From NCBI GenBank assembly GCA_964436545.1, contig CAYTCJ010000003.1, positions 70,041 through 134,040 of the forward strand: a DNA stretch of 64,000 bases, given 5' to 3'. Source of the DNA: an uncultured Candidatus Saccharibacteria bacterium. GTDB lineage: Bacteria; Patescibacteriota; Doudnabacteria; UBA920. A program made the translations under genes and the position numbers. The notes beneath the pieces were generated by a model. The model did not search any database. It saw only the letters and a list, made by a program, of their open reading frames with translations, and was not told the DNA's origin. Positions 1 through 8,452 of this stretch are shown here, one piece after another. Positions within the stretch are counted from its first letter, which is position 1; every line of letters starts with the position of its first letter.

Positions 1-3000
1 GCTGTGCCTGAAAGTATTATTCAGCAGATTGAAGCCATTCCCGAAGGACAAGCCAAAGAAGACCACCGCACTCCGGCTCCCACCGGACCAACTATTCCGG
101 AGCAAGGTTACCAAGTGTATGACAATGTGAATGGTCGGCAAGCGTATGTGGAAGGTTATGGTATTGTGACCATTGCCCCTAACGGCACGGTAACTTCCCA
201 AACCGGCAATCCGGCCAATATTCCTGCCGAGGTAATTACCGCCATGCGTAATTCCACTTTAGTTACGACTCAAGACGGGGCGACGCGCACGCAAAATGGC
301 CAAGCGCAAGTTTATAGAAATGGCGCGTGGACAGCAGTCAATCCGGGCGCGGGTAATGGCGGAGGTACACAAACTCCGGCTCCTGTTGCCGGCAGTAGTA
401 GTCCTATGCTTACTTCCGGAATTTCCAACAATCCTTTAAGTTTTGGGGTGGTGGGTCAGCCTTGGACATTAACCATTTCCGGCAATCGGGGTGAGTCAGT
501 TTATATTGTGGGCGGAATGAATGGCCAAACTACCCGAACTTTACTCGGCACCATTGGGAATGATGGGAAATTGGTAATCAGCGGAGTGTTTGGCGAGGGT
601 GAGGTGGGTAATTGGCAAGAGCAGTATGTAGTGGTGAGAAACGGGAGAGATGTATCGGTGGGTAATGCAAGTTTTACCGTGTATTCATCTCCCACTGCCA
701 TGCCTTCCACTAATCCGATTAATGGTTCTACAGCTACGGTAGATGGTGTCACATGGGTGGCTAGAAATAATCAGTGGCAAAGAAGCACAGAGCCTCAAAG
801 GCCTACCAGTGCACCGGTAAATACCCCAACTGGTGTATTGTCTACCGCTAATGGCCAACCTTTAACTACCGGAGCTGTTGGTCAAAATTGGCGATTGGTA
901 ATTCGCGGAAATCCGAATGAACAGGTTTATATTGTGGGAGGAATGAATGGCCAAACTACCCGAACTTTACTGGGCACCATTGGTGGAAATAATGAGCTGG
1001 TCGTTACCGGCACCTTTTCGGAAAGTGAAGTGGGTGATTGGAATGAAAGATATGTAATTGTTAGAAATGGGCAAGATGTATCTGCTGGTAGCGCAACTTT
1101 TAGAGTTCAAGGCGTTCAAACCGGCACACCGAGCGAACTTGGAATTACGCCCACTCCCGGCGCTACGGCTACGGTGGGCGGGGTGACTTGGACAGTGCAA
1201 GATGGACAGTGGGTGAGAGCAACTACTGCTAACGGAGGTATTAGTAGTACCGGGGTGTTTTCCGGTCAAGCTCCGGTGGGGGCCAATGGCCAGCTGTTAC
1301 CCGGCTGGACTGTAAGCGGTAACCGTTATTACAACACGCAAACCGGCGTATTTTCTAATCGTGACGGCAGTATTCAAGCCCGCACCGGTAATGAATGGGG
1401 CGATGGCATGCTTCGGGCCTCGGTGAGATCCTTAAACTTAACTTATTACGATACCAACCAAGCTCTTACCACAGCGGTAGATAACGGTGGCGGTGGGTTT
1501 AACATTGTGCCGTATAATCCGGCTTGGGGGAGTCAAGACAACTATAGCTTTATTACTTACGAAGGCGCTCAGCAAGTTTTAGCATGGCTGAATGCCAATG
1601 GTATCACGGGCGGACAAATTGTAACCGGACCGGTGTATAACCGTAATGCGCCGGAGTATATGATCCATTTTTCCAATGGCACATCTTTAAATGCGGGGTT
1701 AGTGGGGCAGGCCATTATGCGAGAAGGTTATAACGCAATAGATAATTTACAAGCCGAAGCCAGCAGGCCTGGAACTGATAGGTTGGGAGTTAATGTGCAA
1801 GTTGCCACCGGCACGCCCAGAGATTTATTTGCACCCAGTGGGGGGGCGAATGCTCCGGTCAATGCCGGTTCTACCATTATTCAAAATTCCGTCGCGACTA
1901 ATGCCAACGGTCAAGTCCCCACGGCTTTAACCAATGCCACGGTGCAAGTGGGGCAGAATTTATCTACCGCTTCTGCCACTGTCGTAGTAATAAGCAATAT
2001 CACTGCTCTTAATGAACAAGGTCAGAATGCGGGCAGTCGCTTGGGGCCGAATTATAAAATTGAAATCGGGGGGCAAGGCCTGAATGCTTATAATCGCTTT
2101 GAGTTAGTTATCAATAGCCAAATTTTTAATATCACGAGCGCGGTAATTAGTGAAAATAAAATCACTTTAACCGTGCCAAGTAATATTCCCGGCAGTTTTG
2201 TGAATGCGCCGACTCGCATTAAGTTAGGTTCGGCTAATTCGGCCATTACCCAAGGAATTTTGGGACCCATATTCTTTTATAGCGGTTCTGCGCCTGCCCC
2301 AACTACAGCCTCGGGAGTTAACAGTTCGGGTACTGGGGCTCGAAGTGGAACATCCACAGCGACCACAGCTAATGATGATGAAGATGATTTGGATTTGGAA
2401 GATGAAGATGACGATACCAACAGTTTTTGGAATAATTCAAACCGCACCGGTTCCGGAAGCGGGCCAACTAATCCGGCTACTACTAATACCAATAGTGTAA
2501 ATCGCACCAGTACTACTTCTTCTACCGTTACCGGTACTACAACTAATGCCGGTTCCACCGCTACCGCAGTGGCTAACGGGAACGCAGCCGCCGCTGCTGC
2601 AGCTGCTGCCGCTCGGGCAAATAGTTCAGCTGGGACAGGTACCACCAGCACTACCACGAGTAGAACCTCTACCACTTCCACAGCGGGCAGTGGTTCGGCC
2701 AGTAGTTTTTCCAGAGCGGGTAGTTCGGCTACGGCTGGGGTTACTAACAACGATGATTTGGATTTAGAAGAAGAGGAGGAAGATGATACCGCAGAAAGTT
2801 TTTGGAATAATTTAAACCGCACCGGTTCCGGAAGTGGTTCCGGCTCTGGAGGTACGGGCAGTCGGACAGGTACCGGAGGTACGGGATCTGGTTCGGGAGC
2901 AACTGGCGCAGGGAGTGGAGCTGTGGGGAGTGGAGCCGGAGTAGGCACAGGCTCTGGAGCCACGGGTAGTGGAGCCACTGGAGGAGCAGGTGCCGGTGGT

Positions 3001-3636
3001 GGAGGCGGAACAGGGAGTGGAAGTACAGGTGGAGGGGCTGGGAGTGGAGCCACGGGTGGGGGAAGTGGATCAGGAGCAGGGGTTGGAACGACTACTACCA
3101 CAACTGATGCTACGCAAAATCAAACCATCACGCAACTTACCGCACAAATCGGTCAGCTAGAAGGGAAAATTACGGCTTTAACCAACCAGTTAAATGCGCC
3201 GAATCAAACCAGTGCCGATTTACAATCTGCCAGAAATGAAATTACCGGCTTAAGGCAACAAATTACCAATTTAACCAATTCCATCGCTCAATTACAGGCG
3301 AATCCGATAAGAGTGTTTGATTCAGGGATTACTATGCAAAGTGGTTTGCAATTTCCACAGGGCCTCCAGATGCCAGCCGGTTATCCGGCGAGCGGAGGAG
3401 CAGTAAATGCCGATGCCTATTGGAACAATTTAAACCAAGGTCAAGTGCAAAGCGCTAAAATTACTAAGGGGAGTTATACGGTTAAAAAAGGTGATTCATT
3501 GTGGAAAATTGCGAAGAAATATTATGGCGATGGCGCCAAGTGGCGAAAAATTTTAGAAGCCAATCCGGACTGTTTGGCCAGACGAGGGGATACCAAAACT
3601 TTGAAAGTCGGGTTTAATCTAGTCATTCCGGAATAA
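1..3636 (+). CDS. LysM-domain surface/secreted protein, 5'-truncated at the window edge. It has two ~150-aa tandem domain copies, an acidic SFWNNxNRTGSGSG repeat, a G/S/T/A-rich linker, a coiled coil and a C-terminal LysM domain.
   Basis: The ORF is open to the window edge. The duplicated block reads ...GQPWTLTISGNRGESVYIVGGMNGQTTRTLLGTIG... then ...GQNWRLVIRGNPNEQVYIVGGMNGQTTRTLLGTIG.... The C-terminal GDSLWKIAKKYYGDGAKWRKILEANP is a LysM signature. Confidence 0.8.
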   Translation, partial: AVPESIIQQIEAIPEGQAKEDHRTPAPTGPTIPEQGYQVYDNVNGRQAYVEGYGIVTIAPNGTVTSQTGNPANIPAEVITAMRNSTLVTTQDGATRTQNGQAQVYRNGAWTAVNPGAGNGGGTQTPAPVAGSSSPMLTSGISNNPLSFGVVGQPWTLTISGNRGESVYIVGGMNGQTTRTLLGTIGNDGKLVISGVFGEGEVGNWQEQYVVVRNGRDVSVGNASFTVYSSPTAMPSTNPINGSTATVDGVTWVARNNQWQRSTEPQRPTSAPVNTPTGVLSTANGQPLTTGAVGQNWRLVIRGNPNEQVYIVGGMNGQTTRTLLGTIGGNNELVVTGTFSESEVGDWNERYVIVRNGQDVSAGSATFRVQGVQTGTPSELGITPTPGATATVGGVTWTVQDGQWVRATTANGGISSTGVFSGQAPVGANGQLLPGWTVSGNRYYNTQTGVFSNRDGSIQARTGNEWGDGMLRASVRSLNLTYYDTNQALTTAVDNGGGGFNIVPYNPAWGSQDNYSFITYEGAQQVLAWLNANGITGGQIVTGPVYNRNAPEYMIHFSNGTSLNAGLVGQAIMREGYNAIDNLQAEASRPGTDRLGVNVQVATGTPRDLFAPSGGANAPVNAGSTIIQNSVATNANGQVPTALTNATVQVGQNLSTASATVVVISNITALNEQGQNAGSRLGPNYKIEIGGQGLNAYNRFELVINSQIFNITSAVISENKITLTVPSNIPGSFVNAPTRIKLGSANSAITQGILGPIFFYSGSAPAPTTASGVNSSGTGARSGTSTATTANDDEDDLDLEDEDDDTNSFWNNSNRTGSGSGPTNPATTNTNSVNRTSTTSSTVTGTTTNAGSTATAVANGNAAAAAAAAAARANSSAGTGTTSTTTSRTSTTSTAGSGSASSFSRAGSSATAGVTNNDDLDLEEEEEDDTAESFWNNLNRTGSGSGSGSGGTGSRTGTGGTGSGSGATGAGSGAVGSGAGVGTGSGATGSGATGGAGAGGGGGTGSGSTGGGAGSGATGGGSGSGAGVGTTTTTTDATQNQTITQLTAQIGQLEGKITALTNQLNAPNQTSADLQSARNEITGLRQQITNLTNSIAQLQANPIRVFDSGITMQSGLQFPQGLQMPAGYPASGGAVNADAYWNNLNQGQVQSAKITKGSYTVKKGDSLWKIAKKYYGDGAKWRKILEANPDCLARRGDTKTLKVGFNLVIPE

Positions 3637-3644
3637 TATTCGCA

Positions 3645-4138
3645 GATCACTAATTACACAGATACACAGCTACAGACCAATAATTTATGCCCGAAGTTTA
3701 TTTACATTCCGAAATAACAAAAAAGATTATTGGTGCGCTTTATGAGGTGTATAATGAGATTGGGTTTGGGTATCAAGAAAAATATTATTACCGAGCAATA
3801 AAAAATAGTTTAGTAGCTTTAGGATTTAAGGTTTCTGAACAACTTTTATCTAGAATAATTGTTGCTGATAAAATAATTGGACGGTATTATTTAGATTTTT
3901 TAGTAGATAATGCAGTTGTATTAGAACTTAAAGTAGCTGACCGTGTATATCATCAGCATATTAGGCAAGTATTGGGGTACTTAAAAGCAAATAATTTAAG
4001 AATTGGCATTATTGGAGTTTTTAGTCCGCAAGGTGTTATAATTAAAAGAGTAATTAATTAGTCTACAAAGCATCTGATAATACAAATACAAAAATAGCTT
4101 TAAGTAATCTGTGTATTTGTGTTAATCAGTGATTAGTG
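3645..4138. mobile_element. Candidate mini-cassette: GxxExxY gene bounded by imperfect ~25-30-bp inverted repeats
   Basis: The left arm is GATCACTAATTACACAGATACACAG (3645-3669). The right arm CTGTGTATTTGTGTTAATCAGTGATTAGTG (4109-4138) is its near reverse complement. The arms share ACACA(G/A)ATACACAG and CACTAAT. Confidence 0.4.
3687..4061 (+). CDS. GxxExxY family protein (PD-(D/E)xK-like; the family often encoded in 23S rRNA intervening sequences)
   Basis: The motif IIGALYEVYNEIGFGYQEKYYYRAI matches the GxxExxY family signature. The protein is 124 aa. Confidence 0.7.
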   Translation: MPEVYLHSEITKKIIGALYEVYNEIGFGYQEKYYYRAIKNSLVALGFKVSEQLLSRIIVADKIIGRYYLDFLVDNAVVLELKVADRVYHQHIRQVLGYLKANNLRIGIIGVFSPQGVIIKRVIN

Positions 4139-4148
4139 GAAAACAACT

Positions 4149-4910
4149 ATGGAAAACGAACATCATCACACTCACTCTCATTCTAAAGAATTAACTTTGC
4201 CCATGAGCGTGCTACTCGCTTCAATTATTTTAGCCGGCGGTATGCTGGGGGCGAGTGCTTTAATGGCTCAAAATATAAAAACGGTTTTGGGCACCGTAGG
4301 CAAAACCAATACCATTACTTTGCCCACTAACCCCAGCCAGCCTTCTCAGCCTTCGGCTGTACCTTCTGCACCGGGCGGAGTTGTGAAGGTGGAAGCTCGC
4401 AAAGATGCGCCGGTTTTAGGTAAGGGCAAAGTGGAAATTGTAGAATTTTCCGATTTTCAATGTCCGTTTTGTCAGAAATTTTTTAACGATGCGTATAAGC
4501 AAATTAAAGCCAAATATGTAGATACGGGTAAAGCCAAAGTAGTGTTTAGGCATTATCCTTTAAGTTTTCACCAGAATGCGCAAAAAGCCGGGGAAGCTGC
4601 GGAATGCGCTAGCCGGCAAGGGAAGTTTTGGCCCTATCACGATGTGTTATTTCAAAAAGCTCAGGCCGATGGCAAAGGTTTGGAAGTGGAGAGTTTAAAA
4701 CAGTATGCTAAAGACTTGGGTTTAAATACAGGGAAGTTTAATACGTGTTTAGATAATGGCGAAACCGCGGGTATTGTGAGCGCTGATACCACCGCAGGTA
4801 ATAATGCCGGCGTGTCTGGCACACCTACTGTCTTTATTAATGGTCAAAAAGTGGTGGGCGCTCAACCTTTTTCTGCCTTTGAAAGTATTATTGAATCTGC
4901 CTTAAAATAA
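4149..4910 (+). CDS. DsbA-like thiol:disulfide oxidoreductase (thioredoxin fold) with an N-terminal membrane anchor and a His-rich N-terminus
   Basis: The CPFC active-site motif occurs in FSDFQCPFCQKFF. A hydrophobic N-terminal segment LLASIILAGGMLGASALMA follows. The start is MENEHHHTHSHS. Confidence 0.8.
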   Translation: MENEHHHTHSHSKELTLPMSVLLASIILAGGMLGASALMAQNIKTVLGTVGKTNTITLPTNPSQPSQPSAVPSAPGGVVKVEARKDAPVLGKGKVEIVEFSDFQCPFCQKFFNDAYKQIKAKYVDTGKAKVVFRHYPLSFHQNAQKAGEAAECASRQGKFWPYHDVLFQKAQADGKGLEVESLKQYAKDLGLNTGKFNTCLDNGETAGIVSADTTAGNNAGVSGTPTVFINGQKVVGAQPFSAFESIIESALK

Positions 4911-4946
4911 AAGTTAGTTAAGTGTCCGGTGTAATTTAGACTAAAT

Positions 4947-5405
4947 ATGCAAACAATCGAAAAAAAAGTTTTATGGTTAGTGGGTTTAACCGCTGTGCTC
5001 GTGGTGGTGGTTTTAGGGGTAGTCAGGTGGCAAAATAATTTAAAACGTCAGGCCAATACGGTTTTGCCGGAAAGGTTTGCGTTTGAAAATAAAATTTTAC
5101 CCAAAAATTTTCCCGAAGATTTTCCGCAAGTGGATTTAAACCAGAAGACTTTGCAAAATGAGGAAGTGACTATTATGGGTAAAAAGCAAGCCAAACGCCA
5201 ATTTTTAAGTGAAAAATCTTTGCAGGAAAATTACACGCTCTACAAACAATATTTATTGGAAAAGCAATGGCAAATGGTGGCCGATGTAAACAATGACACT
5301 TTAAAAACTTTAATTGCGGAAAAAAATAACCAAAATTTTATTATTATTCTATCTACAGATCCGACAAGTCAGAAAGTTTTGGTTAACGCCACAGTGGAAT
5401 ATTAA
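4947..5405 (+). CDS. hypothetical membrane-anchored protein
   Basis: ORF with an N-terminal transmembrane helix VLWLVGLTAVLVVVVLGVV. I recognise no motif. Confidence 0.5.
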   Translation: MQTIEKKVLWLVGLTAVLVVVVLGVVRWQNNLKRQANTVLPERFAFENKILPKNFPEDFPQVDLNQKTLQNEEVTIMGKKQAKRQFLSEKSLQENYTLYKQYLLEKQWQMVADVNNDTLKTLIAEKNNQNFIIILSTDPTSQKVLVNATVEY

Positions 5406-5420
5406 ACAATGACAAAATAA

Positions 5421-5456
5421 AAACACCCTTTGCTTTATGCTCGGGGTGTTTTTATA
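5421..5456 (+). terminator. rho-independent terminator candidate
   Basis: The sequence is AACACCC-(15 nt loop)-GGGTGTT followed by TTTTAT, directly after the stop of the 4947..5405 ORF. Confidence 0.5.
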
Positions 5457-5619
5457 ATGTTTGATTTTTAGTAAATGAAGAATAATGCATTATTAATTAG
5501 GTTAATGGTCAAGGTTTTTTGGTTTAATATTTTAGACAATTTCTCACTTTTGTGGGTTTTTGTCTAAAGGAGTTTTTAAAAATCCAGTTTAATTATTTAA
5601 ATTAGGATTTTTTAAAGAG

Positions 5620-7860
5620 AGAAAGAGAGGCGGAAGCGGGAGGTGAGAAAGATGTGGTTCATCTATTCTACCTCCCGCCTACGGTTGGCGCCCACGCGGG
5701 GGTTGCCCGCGTGGGGCGAGAAAACGGGTTGGGGAGGGCTGTCATTACGGCACCTCCCCTGGTTCTGGCGCCGGCTCAGGGGCCGGCTCGGGCTCGGGTG
5801 GCGGGGGTACAGCGATGTAGATTTGACTCCACTCGCTAACCAAACCCTCCCTGGCAACCCGAATCCAAATTTCCCCCGCCAGTAGGGGAAGTTTGGCCAC
5901 GACTTCTGTGCTCGTCGTGGTGAGCGTCTCAAGAGCCTCGGGGATAGCATCGCCGGCTTCCGAAAAGCCGGACAAAACTTCCACCGAGGAGCCGTCTAGG
6001 TTCTCACCGCAGAACCGAGCGAGTCCCCCAGGGACCAATCGCTCGGTTCCTTGCATCGGCATGACGGCGGAGGGTTCCCCCTCACACACAGTCAGCCGAG
6101 GTTTGGGAACCTCGACTGTAACGGGAAGCGGGCCGGCGGAGGCGCGATTACCGCGCGCACCGACCAATAACTGGAACTCGCCGTCCTCATTGGGACGGGA
6201 GGTGACGCACGTGTGGTCGTTTGCGACCCGCACGTCGTCCATCGAAGCGCTTCGGGCCAAGACCTGGTTGGTCTGGCCAAGCGTCCCAATGCCGATGCCC
6301 CAGCTGGCACCAGATTTGCCCCTGAAAGATAGGAACCATCCATCCGAGGGGGCCTCGGAGGTGGCGAAACAGGCATCCACCGTCTCACCGCGCATTATCT
6401 GCGGGCGAGACAGGGTGAACCCTGTTACGGTGATTGCGGGTGGGGGTAAAACCGTCAGCTGAGCCGGTTGGCTCCGGACTGACGTTTTTCCATCCGAGAC
6501 CCTGACTACGAACGTCAGGTTCCCGAGAGGGAAGTTTTTGCTCGAGCACACAAGCTCCGTAGAGCTCCGTGCCGAGCACGCGTCCACCGGCGCCCCCGCG
6601 CCGAGAACGAGGTCCGTCCGCAAGCCCCCTGGGAACCAGAGACTGTCACCAGTGATGGTGAAGTCCTGTCCCTGTTGGACCGTCGACGGGGCAACCGAAC
6701 TAACCCGTGGCGTTGAAAGGCGGAAGACCCGGGTAACGTTCCCGGACGGGGAGAAGTAAATCGCCCCGTTGTCGTCAATGGCGGTCGCGTGCCGCACGAA
6801 CGACGAAATCCGGACCCCGAGAACAATATCGCCCGTTTTTACGAGGCGACTAGTCCCGAGGTAGAGGGTGTCAAACTCTCGTGAGTCCAACATGAGCCCT
6901 CCTCCTTCCACCAGCAGTCCTGCGGAACTGGCCGCGCCCGGTTGGACCGGCATGGCACTAGCTGGAAAAATCAGCGAGGATAGACTACCCGTAGGTAGCA
7001 CCTCGTAGATTTCCAGATTGTCTCCCGCAGGGAAGACAAAAGCCCGTCCGAGGGCCGCAAAGAGAACCGATTCCCGCTGGGGCAGTCCCACGACTGCCTT
7101 CTCGCCAATGAAGGCCTTGCCTTGGCCATCGGTTGATACAAAAGCCCCGTTGGGCCCCAGTGGTGCCGCGTATAGCGGCGAAAAGCCAGATGGAATGGGC
7201 AAGTACTCGGACTTGCCATCCGCCGTGAGGCGGATGATTCGCCGCTGGCCAGCGGCGAATCCTTGCATTACCACAACGTCATCCCGCGAAGGGACAATGT
7301 CGGAAGCAAAGGTTCCGAACTGTCCATCAGTGGGACGTTCGAAAACCTTCACAACCGCCCCGTTGAGGGGGACGTAGTAAAGTGTTCCATTGCCAATTTT
7401 CGCCGGGTGCACGAATGCACCGACCTGGAAATTAGCAAACCAGAGAGCCTGATTCGTTAGGCGCAAGGACGCTGGGAAGGGCATCCAAAGCCCCCGCCCG
7501 TTGGTCGTCCACGCCCTTAAGAATAAGGGCTCCTTGGTGTCTAATTTACGCCAGACACCTTGGCGACCCACGAAGACGGCGTGGGCACCGGTTTGGAGCT
7601 CGCACGAAACAGCCAACCATTGGCCGTCCGGCGAGACCGAAAATTTGATAAGTGCCGGACGAAGGGGCAAGCCCTCCGCCGGTTGGAGGTTCCCGGCACA
7701 CTCGCCGGGTAGGGTGACTTCGCTAGCCACCCTCCCTCCGAAGATCTCCCCTGCCCATGCGGGGGAGAGGTGGGCGCTGACGATGGTAAGGACCACCGCC
7801 AGCGCCCAGCTGGTGATCCTTTCAAACCTCATAGCTACCTCCAAAGAAGAGCAGAATTAG
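5620..7860. other. GC-rich (~60%) compositional island in a ~40% GC background
   Basis: The transitions are sharp, near 5620 and 7850. Several overlapping ORFs appear in multiple frames, as expected for GC-rich DNA. The island carries the 5745..7844 gene. Confidence 0.65.
5745..7844 (-). CDS. GC-rich secreted protein with a signal peptide, a beta-propeller-like region, IPT/TIG-like Ig folds and a Pro-rich C-terminus (PEPEPAPEPAPEP)
   Basis: 699-aa ORF. The N-terminus is MEVAMRFERITSWALAVVLTIVSAHLSPAWAGE. A strong GGAGGT Shine-Dalgarno sits before the second ATG, so the true start is probably MRFER at 7832. Its codon usage is unlike its neighbours. Confidence 0.6.
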   Translation of the reverse strand: MEVAMRFERITSWALAVVLTIVSAHLSPAWAGEIFGGRVASEVTLPGECAGNLQPAEGLPLRPALIKFSVSPDGQWLAVSCELQTGAHAVFVGRQGVWRKLDTKEPLFLRAWTTNGRGLWMPFPASLRLTNQALWFANFQVGAFVHPAKIGNGTLYYVPLNGAVVKVFERPTDGQFGTFASDIVPSRDDVVVMQGFAAGQRRIIRLTADGKSEYLPIPSGFSPLYAAPLGPNGAFVSTDGQGKAFIGEKAVVGLPQRESVLFAALGRAFVFPAGDNLEIYEVLPTGSLSSLIFPASAMPVQPGAASSAGLLVEGGGLMLDSREFDTLYLGTSRLVKTGDIVLGVRISSFVRHATAIDDNGAIYFSPSGNVTRVFRLSTPRVSSVAPSTVQQGQDFTITGDSLWFPGGLRTDLVLGAGAPVDACSARSSTELVCSSKNFPLGNLTFVVRVSDGKTSVRSQPAQLTVLPPPAITVTGFTLSRPQIMRGETVDACFATSEAPSDGWFLSFRGKSGASWGIGIGTLGQTNQVLARSASMDDVRVANDHTCVTSRPNEDGEFQLLVGARGNRASAGPLPVTVEVPKPRLTVCEGEPSAVMPMQGTERLVPGGLARFCGENLDGSSVEVLSGFSEAGDAIPEALETLTTTSTEVVAKLPLLAGEIWIRVAREGLVSEWSQIYIAVPPPPEPEPAPEPAPEPGEVP

Positions 7861-8053
7861 AGAATAGAGAAAAGCGATTAGAGAAGAGGGGTAAGAGGCA
7901 GACAACCTCTCCCTACCCTCTCCTCATAAGGAGAGGGGGAAAAAAGAAAATACTATTCTCTTTGCACTTTTACACTACTCACTAGCTTTCTGCGCTTTTT
8001 TGGAGGCAGTATGAAGGCCTAACTACTAACTGATAATTGATAACTAATAACTT

Positions 8054-8192
8054 GGATTCCGTATTAATCCGCCAGATGGCGGACGGAATGACACGTTATA
8101 GTTATGGATTCCCTAAAAAAGTCATGGATTCCGGCTCCCACCAGAGGTTGGCAGGCATGGCCGGAATGACAAAATTGGGGAAATGACAAATA
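8054..8192. repeat. Two tandem hairpin elements of the GGATTCCGG...CCGGAATGACA family (copies a and b)
   Basis: Copy a spans 8054-8093 (GGATTCCGT...ACGGAATGACA) and copy b spans 8126-8171 (GGATTCCGGC...GCCGGAATGACA). A third GAAATGACA tail lies at 8181. The spacer GTTATAGTTATGGATTCC is homologous to the spacer of copies c and d. Confidence 0.65.
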
Positions 8193-8452
8193 AAAACCCG
8201 TTTATTGTATAAGTCCTCCGACTCAAACGCACCAAAATTACCATTTTTAGAGATGGTAAAAGAAGCGCGTTAATGTAAACGTGCTAAGCGTATTATAAAA
8301 GATTTTTAAGAATTTGTCAAATTTTAGAAAAATGTCAATAGTTGGTTATCCACAATTTTTTTAAAGCCGAAATTTGTGGTATAGTAAATGCAGTAATCAG
8401 TAACTGCTGGTTAAAAGTTGTTATTGAAAAAATTTAACCGGAAACAAATAAA

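Noticed and set aside
2277-3101. 274-aa Pro-rich antisense ORF, plus the small 2546..2767 and 2969..3160 ORFs
   Set aside because: They lie opposite the GGT/GGA-rich G/S/T linker of the LysM protein. The low-complexity, PAPAP-type translation is a standard artefact of GC-rich repetitive coding DNA.
3621-3635. AGTCATTCCGGAATAA at the end of the LysM gene resembling the hairpin-family tail (TGTCATTCCGG)
   Set aside because: It lies in-frame in coding sequence (LVIPE-stop) and lacks the 5' T and a partner tail. It is probably coincidental, though it could be the target preference of the element family.
5643-7460. Multiple overlapping 60-190-aa ORFs in both strands of the GC-rich island (e.g. 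5893..6462, 6092..6388, 7018..7377)
   Set aside because: GC-rich DNA is depleted in stop codons in all frames. These ORFs are Arg/Pro/Ser-rich and overlap the coherent 699-aa gene, so they are treated as artefacts.
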